A stretch of 64,000 bases of DNA from Muribaculaceae bacterium (lineage in GTDB: Bacteria > Bacteroidota > Bacteroidia > Bacteroidales > Muribaculaceae), in assembly GCA_022509185.1 (NCBI GenBank), contig JAFLTS010000014.1, positions 973-64,972 of the forward strand, in the 5' to 3' direction. The translations under genes and the position numbers were made by a program. The notes beneath the pieces were generated by a model. It did no database searches. It was not told where the DNA came from and saw nothing but the letters and a program-made list of their open reading frames with translations. Positions 57,123 through 64,000 of this stretch are shown in pieces. Position 1 is the stretch's first letter, and the number at the start of each line of letters is the position of its first letter.

Positions 57123-57694
57123 ATTTTTTTTAGTCTTTCTTTAATTCTTGGAGCATTATCTTCTCTGAAAGTAACCGTCATTTCACAGGCATTGTCGAAG
57201 TTTCGGTTTATTACTTCCAGTTCTTCCGATTTAACCAATTTCATTACATCGTTGGCCACCATGTATGGAAAACTGAAATTAATAGTTTCCATTTTATGCA
57301 TTTCCAGGATTCCCGCATCTTCAAGAGCCAACCTGGCAGCCTCTCGATAGGCTGCTATAAGACCGGAGGTGCCTAATTTAATACCACCGAAATATCTCAC
57401 CACAACCACCATAACGTCGGTGAGATTAAAACTATTAATTTGCCCTAAAATAGGTTTACCGGCCGTTCCTGAAGGTTCTCCGTTATCATTTAGTTGCCAA
57501 TCATTTCTGTCTGGACCTATCATATATGCCCAACAGACGTGTCTTGCGTCGTGATATTCGTTTTGAATTTTTTTTACAACAGCTTTGGCTTCTTCGGGAG
57601 ATGTTACTTTCACAGCAAAAGAGATAAATTTGCTCATCTTCTCCTTAAAGATTGCTTTACCTTCTTTTTCGATTGTGAAAAATGAGTCAGCCAT
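57101..57694 (-). CDS. yigZ: YigZ/IMPACT family protein
   Basis: K.SKFI, ARHVCWAY, DNGEPSGTAGKP, VRYFGGIKLG. Confidence 0.92.
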   Translation of the reverse strand: MADSFFTIEKEGKAIFKEKMSKFISFAVKVTSPEEAKAVVKKIQNEYHDARHVCWAYMIGPDRNDWQLNDNGEPSGTAGKPILGQINSFNLTDVMVVVVRYFGGIKLGTSGLIAAYREAARLALEDAGILEMHKMETINFSFPYMVANDVMKLVKSEELEVINRNFDNACEMTVTFREDNAPRIKERLKKIEGLSFF

Positions 57695-58284
57695 TAACCG
57701 AAGAAATTGTCTTGAGGATTTAGTTCAGTAGGATAATACAACATACCGCTTGCCACTTTAGCAGATGCTTCCTGACCCTTAGCCTCCATCACTAAAGTCA
57801 AGGCCCAGGGAAGAGCGAAAGCAGGTCCATTACCGAGAACGAACTTATTGCTTACCACCACCGGAGCATCAATAACTTCAGCACCTTCCATAAGATGTTC
57901 AAATCCCGGATAGCAAGTTGCCTTTTCTCCTTTCAATAAACCTAATTGTCCCAACACTACACCAGGTGATGCACAGATAGCCGCTATCCGGCCATTTTTA
58001 GATTCGGTTTGAGAACGAAGAAGGCCTTGTAGTGGTCCAAACTCATAAAGGTTGGTTGCCCCGGGCATTCCTCCCGGAAGAACGAGCCATTCCGGATCTG
58101 AAAAGAGAGTATTATCATAAATCAGGTCTGCAGTGACCGTTATACCATGAGCCCCCTTGACTTGAAGCGCAGAAGTAATTGAAACGGTCTGAACATCCAT
58201 GCCTGCCCTTCTCATTACATCTACTACAGTCAGCGCTTCTATTTCTTCAAAACCTGCTGCTAGAAAAACAAAGGATTGTTTCAT
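57694..58284 (-). CDS. DJ-1/PfpI family (YajL/ThiJ-like) protein
   Basis: GFEEIEA, LPGGMPGA, AICASP, ATCYPG. Confidence 0.9.
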   Translation of the reverse strand: MKQSFVFLAAGFEEIEALTVVDVMRRAGMDVQTVSITSALQVKGAHGITVTADLIYDNTLFSDPEWLVLPGGMPGATNLYEFGPLQGLLRSQTESKNGRIAAICASPGVVLGQLGLLKGEKATCYPGFEHLMEGAEVIDAPVVVSNKFVLGNGPAFALPWALTLVMEAKGQEASAKVASGMLYYPTELNPQDNFFG

Positions 58285-58337
58285 ATCTAAGTTTTAATTT
58301 ATTTTGTATTGTAAGTATTACAAATTTATATAAAAAT

Positions 58338-59390
58338 ATGAATTTTAGCAAAAAGGCAAAATTTGTAAGAGCCAATACTAACGTTGTTTACGGATCAATT
58401 TTTTGTATTATTATAATTGTATTCATTTTGACCTCATGCTCAGGAAAAGCCAAATATGAAAAATGTGAAGGAATGATATGGAATACTCTGTATCATGTCA
58501 CTTATCAAGGTCCGGAAAATTTAAAGGATTCCATAATGCCGGTTTTAAATAATGTAGGAGAAAGTCTATCGGTTTTTGATAAAAATTCTTTGGTGAGCAA
58601 ACTTAACACCTTGGACAGTGTGAAGGGTGATATCCATCTATTAATGGTATATGACACTTCAAAAGAGATCCATAGAATAAGCAAAGGAAAATTCGATCCT
58701 ACAGTATCTCCTCTTGTTGATGCCTGGGGTTTTGGTATAGGACATACTCCTACAACCGATACATTATTAATAGATTCCTTACTCCAATTCACAGGTATTG
58801 AGAAAACACGTCATAAAGGAGAATTCATTGTGAAAGATGACTTAAGAACACGTTTTAATTTTTCAGCCATAGCCAAAGGATATGGCTGTGACGCAGTAGG
58901 AGAAATGTTGAGAAGGGGAGGGGTTAAAAATTATATGGTAGAGATAGGAGGGGAGATACGAATGAGTGGAAGTGGACCTACCGGAGAAGGATGGCTGATA
59001 GCTGTAGATGCTCCTGTTGAAGATAATGCGCCTGGAGAAACTACTGCATTAATAATGGAATTGACAAATGTTGGGTTAGCAACATCAGGGAATTACCGAA
59101 ATTACCGTATAGAGAACGGGCAAAAGTTAGCTCATACTATATCTCCGAAAACCGGACGCCCTGTTTTGAGTGAGATACTCAGTGCAACCGTAATAGCATC
59201 TGACTGTATGACTGCTGACGGGCTTGCTACCGCTTGCATGGCTGGCACACTTCAGGAGGCACTTAATATTTTACAAGAAAGTGGAACTGAAGGTATGTTC
59301 ATCTTAACGGATTCAACAGTAATGACCCCCGGCTTCAAGAAGTATGTTATCTCAGAAGTTTCGGAGCCTGGAAAAACAGGCCGAAATTAA
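58338..59390 (+). CDS. apbE: FAD:protein FMN transferase ApbE (lipoprotein)
   Basis: LTSC lipobox; FDPTV.PL..AWGF, AIAKGY, EIGGE, ATSGNYR, HTI.P.TG, ADGLATA; probable ATG at 58338. Confidence 0.9.
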   Translation: MNFSKKAKFVRANTNVVYGSIFCIIIIVFILTSCSGKAKYEKCEGMIWNTLYHVTYQGPENLKDSIMPVLNNVGESLSVFDKNSLVSKLNTLDSVKGDIHLLMVYDTSKEIHRISKGKFDPTVSPLVDAWGFGIGHTPTTDTLLIDSLLQFTGIEKTRHKGEFIVKDDLRTRFNFSAIAKGYGCDAVGEMLRRGGVKNYMVEIGGEIRMSGSGPTGEGWLIAVDAPVEDNAPGETTALIMELTNVGLATSGNYRNYRIENGQKLAHTISPKTGRPVLSEILSATVIASDCMTADGLATACMAGTLQEALNILQESGTEGMFILTDSTVMTPGFKKYVISEVSEPGKTGRN

Positions 59391-61674
59391 TGCCGAAATT
59401 CCAACTGTTTTTTGGAGAAGTGAGATAATTCACATAGAATGAGAGGCTCGCAAAAGGAAAATTATAAACGGCTGCCAGCTCTCCAATAAATTGTGGTTTC
59501 TTAAACCACCCATCAAAATAAGCCATCCCTGATGTGTTTTCTCCTACATGCCTTACCGGGGAGAAGGCAAAAAAGTCACCTCTGAGCTGAGCATGATTAA
59601 ATGGCATCCATATAGGAATCAGCCCTGCAGCCACATAACTGGGAGATCTGAATCCAGGATTGAAATAATTTTTGGTAGAAGGAGTTGGAGCGAAGGCAGG
59701 AGAATGTATCATTGTACATGTGTAATCCTGGTAAAGTTTAGCAAAGGTGGCTATACCATTAGCCAAAGCTCCTAATTTGAAATTATGGTGCAAGTCAAAA
59801 TATTGATTCCATAATAGTTCAACAGATGCATTAATATGAGAAGTCCAATTGGTGCCCTTTCCGGTGTCATGAGGAAGGAACTTATTTTTTTCATGACTTA
59901 AGATAAAATTAAAAAGCATTTCTTTCCCCTGGCAAGGATACATAAGATTATTAAGGGTGTTTAATTCAATTCCTCCTTTCAATGCCGCTATATGATAAAC
60001 ACTTTTGTCTTTATACAATGGCATATAGTCAGAATCTACCCGAGGATAAAAAATATTTGCTTCCCTTCCATAGGCAAGATTGACAAACCCTTTTGCCGGA
60101 TGACCGATAGACCAAGAATAACCAAGTCTTATATATTCCTGTACATCCGTAATAAAAGAAGGAGTGTCTGATTCATAAAACAGAATTTCAGAATCATAAT
60201 ATTTTTGTCTGCTAACGATACCTTCCAATTCCAGGTATGAAGGGAAAGTAGAGGTAAGAGCTATTCTTCCTCTTAGCTGAGCCGCCCAATAAGACTGGCC
60301 GAGCCATCCTCCAAGATCCACATCAAGGCTATTGAAACTTAAAGTGTGGTATCCAGCAGTGAGATAAAGCATACTATTGGAGGAAGTTGTGATCCAGCCT
60401 CCAATACCAATACTCCATGGACTTTTAACATTTGCTTCAAGAAGGAGGATATTTTTACCGTCAGGTTCAAATTTAGCTTGAGGAAGGAGATTGTAGAGTT
60501 TTCCTTCAGTGACGGCACGGTAGTATCCATCTTTAACCTGAGCTAAATCAATAGGCTTCTGAGGTTGGTCTTTCTTTCTTTTCCCCTCGAAGAGAGATTT
60601 AAGGTATTTAGCCTGATTTGGTTTTGCTCCGGTCACTTCTATCGAATCAAACTTGACAACAGGTGTTTGAGATGCAAATTTTTTTCTTCTTTCCGTAAGT
60701 TGATCCAATGGTTCTCTTACCGGTAGACGTTTTTTGATTGAATCCACCATAGAGAGACCGGTCTTATATCCGATATCATAAATTTCCTGAGCATCATTCC
60801 AAGCCAAGACTCCGAAATTTAGAACAGGCACTTGAATTTTCACACCTTCATCAGCCGGAAGTTCATAATCATTATTCTGAATAATCATGTCTTCCAGCTG
60901 GCTATAAACATCTCCGGGAATTGGTTTTCCATCGGGAGCAGAAACTGAGACTCCAATGATGAAATCCGGATGGAAATCTTTTCTCATAACATCTACAGGG
61001 AAGTTATCGTATATACCCCCGTCATAGACTAATACACTGTCGATTTCAATAGGCTTGAAAACAAGAGGAAAACTCATTGAAGCTCTAACCGCATCACCAA
61101 GTGAACCTGATTTCAAAACAATCTTATGTTTATGATAAACATCGCTTGTGACACAACGAAAGGGTACAAAGAGATCATTGAAATTTTCATGACATTGTTC
61201 GGTATATGGAGAATAGAGTTCAAGGAACTCCAGATTCATCGGTATAGGATTGATTAGAGATGTAGGTATTATATGGCTGAAAATATTAGTAGAGTCATTA
61301 CCACCGGGATTAAATGTCAACCATTTGGGAGTTGGTTGGGGAAAAGAGGCATAAAACTGAAATTTTCTGTTTAGAGTTCCGGTACTCCAGTATTTGAAAC
61401 CTGGCGATAGAATAAGGTCGAGCATCTGTTCAGGATTCCAGCCACAACTGTAGAGGCTACCAATAATAGCTCCCATAGAAGTTCCGGTAACGTAATCCAC
61501 AGGAATTTCTGCATCTTCAAGAGCTTTAATCACCCCAATATGAGCAATGCCTTTAGCACCTCCCCCGCTAAGCACTAAGCCGACAGTTTCTCTTCCCCGG
61601 CTATGAAAAGAAGAGGACATAAGAAAGGCACAAATAAAAGTAAATTTAAGAAAGGCAGCTAAATATTTTTTCAT
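59347..61674 (-). CDS. Patatin-POTRA-beta-barrel phospholipase (PlpD/type Vd-like)
   Basis: Signal peptide; GGGAKG, GTSMG, DGG; C-terminal beta-strands ending FGINFGLFF. Confidence 0.8.
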   Translation of the reverse strand: MKKYLAAFLKFTFICAFLMSSSFHSRGRETVGLVLSGGGAKGIAHIGVIKALEDAEIPVDYVTGTSMGAIIGSLYSCGWNPEQMLDLILSPGFKYWSTGTLNRKFQFYASFPQPTPKWLTFNPGGNDSTNIFSHIIPTSLINPIPMNLEFLELYSPYTEQCHENFNDLFVPFRCVTSDVYHKHKIVLKSGSLGDAVRASMSFPLVFKPIEIDSVLVYDGGIYDNFPVDVMRKDFHPDFIIGVSVSAPDGKPIPGDVYSQLEDMIIQNNDYELPADEGVKIQVPVLNFGVLAWNDAQEIYDIGYKTGLSMVDSIKKRLPVREPLDQLTERRKKFASQTPVVKFDSIEVTGAKPNQAKYLKSLFEGKRKKDQPQKPIDLAQVKDGYYRAVTEGKLYNLLPQAKFEPDGKNILLLEANVKSPWSIGIGGWITTSSNSMLYLTAGYHTLSFNSLDVDLGGWLGQSYWAAQLRGRIALTSTFPSYLELEGIVSRQKYYDSEILFYESDTPSFITDVQEYIRLGYSWSIGHPAKGFVNLAYGREANIFYPRVDSDYMPLYKDKSVYHIAALKGGIELNTLNNLMYPCQGKEMLFNFILSHEKNKFLPHDTGKGTNWTSHINASVELLWNQYFDLHHNFKLGALANGIATFAKLYQDYTCTMIHSPAFAPTPSTKNYFNPGFRSPSYVAAGLIPIWMPFNHAQLRGDFFAFSPVRHVGENTSGMAYFDGWFKKPQFIGELAAVYNFPFASLSFYVNYLTSPKNSWNFGINFGLFFQAPKLLR

Positions 61675-61701
61675 GATAGTGGAATCCTTTTAAGTAATAG
61701 G

Positions 61702-61725
61702 AAAGCACGCTTCATTAAGCGTGCT
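61702..61725 (-). terminator. Hairpin after the DUF349 gene
   Basis: AGCACGCTT/AAGCGTGCT. Confidence 0.5.
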
Positions 61726-61778
61726 ATACCATTATTTATCTATTGTCACCAATAAAACCGTGACAAAGTTGTATGTAC

Positions 61779-63713
61779 TTATTGATTTTCAGCTTTTTCC
61801 TGAGCGTCAAGGAGAGCGATTTTTTCTTTGATTTCGTCGGCTTCGGCTTTCAGTTTCTGGATTTTCTTTTCCATTTCTTTCACCATGGAATTTCCAGTGT
61901 TACTTTTCACCTTAAAGAAACCGAGGTTATTTTCAATAGTTTTTGCTTCGGCCAATCTTGCCTCAAGAGCACGGGAAAGCTTGTCACGTTCGCGGCTCAT
62001 CTTCCCTTCTTCTCCGGCGAATTTTTTAAGTTCGGATTCATACCTTCTCACTCTGCGGTTTGATTCCTTTATGTCGAAAGCATTGAAGAGCCTGTCGAGT
62101 TCAGCTCTATAAGCTTTATTTATTTCATCCTTATCTTTGAAAGGAACGTGACCAACATTCTGCCATTCAGACTGGAGTTCACGAATAGAATCAATAACGT
62201 CGCTACGGTCTTCTTCTTCCGAGATTCCTTTAAGTTTTTCGATGATTTCTTTTTTGGCTTTCAGATTTTCTGACTCTTCAGCTTTTTTACCGCTGAAAAG
62301 TTTCTTGCGGTTTCCGTAGAATTCATCAAGCGCTTTGCAGAAACGTTTCCATACTTCGTCTCCTTGTTTGCGACGAACTACTCCCACTTCCTTCCATTCC
62401 TTCTGGATAGCCTGCATTTCTTCGAGAGCACCCTTACGGTCGTATTCAGCAGCAAGAGCTTCTGCTTTTTCACAAAGAGCTTCCTTTTTAGCTAGATTAT
62501 CCCGGCTTTCTTCGCGAGTTTTTTTGAAATAGTCGGCTTTAGCTGAGAAAAACTTGTCGCAAGCATTACGGAAACGGGCAAAGAGTTGATTGTTAACTTT
62601 TCTTGAAGCGAAGCCCAATTCTTTCCAGGCAGCCTGAAGTTCAAGGATTGCTTTAGTGGCTTCATCCCATTCGGAGAAGGATTTGAAGTTTTCGAAATCA
62701 ATAGCTTCAGCTTTTTCACAAAGTTCGGTCTTAGCAATCTCGTTAGCCTGTTCGTTGTCTTTTTTATTCTGGAAGAAATCCTGATGACGTTTGTTAATAA
62801 CAGTAGAAGCCTCTTTGAATTTATTCCACATATCTTCTCTCACGTCTCTTGCTACAGGACCTATTTCACGCCATTGTTCATGAAGCCCCTGAAGAGTTCT
62901 GAAAGCGTCAAGCACATCAGGCACCTCTGCCAGCCCTTGTGCTTTTTCAATGAGTTGGCTTTTGAGCTCGAAATTCTTTTTGAAGTCGAGGTCACGAAGT
63001 TCCTTATTAACTTTTAGTCTGTCGTAGAATTGTTCTACCGCCTGCTGATAATTTTTCCAAAGTTCTGTTTCGGATCCTTGAGGCACTTCGCCGGCAGCCT
63101 TGAATTCCTGTTGAAGCTGTTGGAATGTAGGGAACTGCTGATTGATAGTGTCAATATCTTCAGAGATATTTTTGATCTGTTCAATAATCTTGTATTTATC
63201 GTCAAGATTTTTCTTTCTTATCTCTTCTCTTTCTTCAAGGAATGCGTTGCGTTTCTCTTTGAATTCAGAGAGAAGGTTTTTCAACTCTTCTTCAGCAGGG
63301 TCAGGGGTATAAGAGAAAGCTGAAATATCGTTTCCTGCAGCCACGAAATCCTCCTGCTCTTTTTCTCTTTCTTTATTTAAGATATTAAAGAATGATTGTT
63401 TGATAGCAGCCACTTCCTTGTGATGGTCGAGAAGATTCTGGTTTACGATATTTTTGAGAGCGTTAATGAGCTCTTCTTTATTCATCAGATGATAAGATTT
63501 ATCGGCCTCTTTTTCTTCTGTTTTATCGATGCTGTTAATTTGATCGGCAGCATCAGCGAGGTCTAAAGAAGGAGAAGAATCTACAGTACAAACATCGTTG
63601 CTATCATTTGGCGTAGCAGCTTCGTTGTTACTTTTAAGATCTACGTCTTTATTCAAAGACTGGTTCTGAGGGTCTTCAACCGGGTTTAGAGGTTGGTTTT
63701 CGTTATCGTTCAT
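61779..63713 (-). CDS. DUF349 repeat protein
   Basis: Repeated NL..K..LCEKAE.L and LQ..WK..G.V....E.LW..F units; acidic N-terminal region. Confidence 0.88.
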   Translation of the reverse strand: MNDNENQPLNPVEDPQNQSLNKDVDLKSNNEAATPNDSNDVCTVDSSPSLDLADAADQINSIDKTEEKEADKSYHLMNKEELINALKNIVNQNLLDHHKEVAAIKQSFFNILNKEREKEQEDFVAAGNDISAFSYTPDPAEEELKNLLSEFKEKRNAFLEEREEIRKKNLDDKYKIIEQIKNISEDIDTINQQFPTFQQLQQEFKAAGEVPQGSETELWKNYQQAVEQFYDRLKVNKELRDLDFKKNFELKSQLIEKAQGLAEVPDVLDAFRTLQGLHEQWREIGPVARDVREDMWNKFKEASTVINKRHQDFFQNKKDNEQANEIAKTELCEKAEAIDFENFKSFSEWDEATKAILELQAAWKELGFASRKVNNQLFARFRNACDKFFSAKADYFKKTREESRDNLAKKEALCEKAEALAAEYDRKGALEEMQAIQKEWKEVGVVRRKQGDEVWKRFCKALDEFYGNRKKLFSGKKAEESENLKAKKEIIEKLKGISEEEDRSDVIDSIRELQSEWQNVGHVPFKDKDEINKAYRAELDRLFNAFDIKESNRRVRRYESELKKFAGEEGKMSRERDKLSRALEARLAEAKTIENNLGFFKVKSNTGNSMVKEMEKKIQKLKAEADEIKEKIALLDAQEKAENQ

Positions 63714-63779
63714 CTGACAAAGTTTTTATATCGTTAATCTTTGAGTCGTTGACAATCAAAAGGAGAGTAATTGGCAAAT

Positions 63780-64000
63780 TTAATTATTTTTTATGACTTT
63801 GGCTGAAATAATTTTCACATCTTCGAGAGGACGATCGTGAGAATCCGTTTCCACCTTTTGAATTTTTTCTACAACGTCCATTCCTGAAAGCACTTCACCA
63901 AACACTGTATAAGCACCGTCAAGATGAGGAGCACCACCTTTTTCAATATAATCTTTCTTAATATTTTCAGGAATTATGTTGTCTCCAACTTTTTCTTCTG
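63780..64000 (-). CDS. Cyclophilin-type peptidyl-prolyl isomerase, C-terminal part (truncated by window edge)
   Basis: Manual translation: ...YIEKGGAPHLDGAYTVFGEVLSGMDVVEKIQKVETDSHDRPLEDVKIISAKVIKNN*. Confidence 0.9.
   Translation of the reverse strand, partial: EEKVGDNIIPENIKKDYIEKGGAPHLDGAYTVFGEVLSGMDVVEKIQKVETDSHDRPLEDVKIISAKVIKNN

Noticed and set aside
58179-58337. Long N-terminus of ApbE (also the extended starts of LemA at 22869 and the Spy-like gene at 13912)
   Set aside because: The ApbE extension overlaps the divergent DJ-1 gene; in all three cases the downstream ATG gives a proper signal peptide
154-63323. Many 60-140 aa ORFs antisense to or nested in long genes
   Set aside because: Shadow ORFs of well-supported genes, with no motifs or expression signals

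Overview
AT-rich chromosomal window from a Bacteroidales bacterium. The TAnnTTTG -7 promoters, lack of Shine-Dalgarno sites and rpsU-xerC-hpf synteny support this; Muribaculaceae-like is an inference. Most of it is housekeeping and envelope genes: GH13 enzymes, mltG, ahpCF, glyQS, rplU-rpmA, hisS, tpx, dtd, porE-like, ftsY-rimO, prs, tamB, clpB, apbE and two patatins. Three things stand out. (1) An oxalate-catabolism module, frc-oxc-AEC transporter. (2) A bipartite motif, GTAAAC-N16-TTGTTA, found identically upstream of ahpC, frc and tpx and in degenerate form upstream of hpf, clpB, a Spy-like gene and a thioredoxin-like gene. This suggests an alternative (ECF-type) sigma stress regulon that includes oxalate degradation. 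(3) A ~3.5 kb decaying islet at the 3' end of tRNA-Lys(CTT). It holds an McrC-like nuclease remnant absent from the ORF track, an ISL3/ISAon1-like transposase remnant and a GYF-TM2/TM2/lipoprotein cassette whose lipoprotein is split by a 1-nt homopolymer frameshift. No CRISPR array, rRNA or intact mobile element was seen. All family assignments are by eye from motifs, without database searches.
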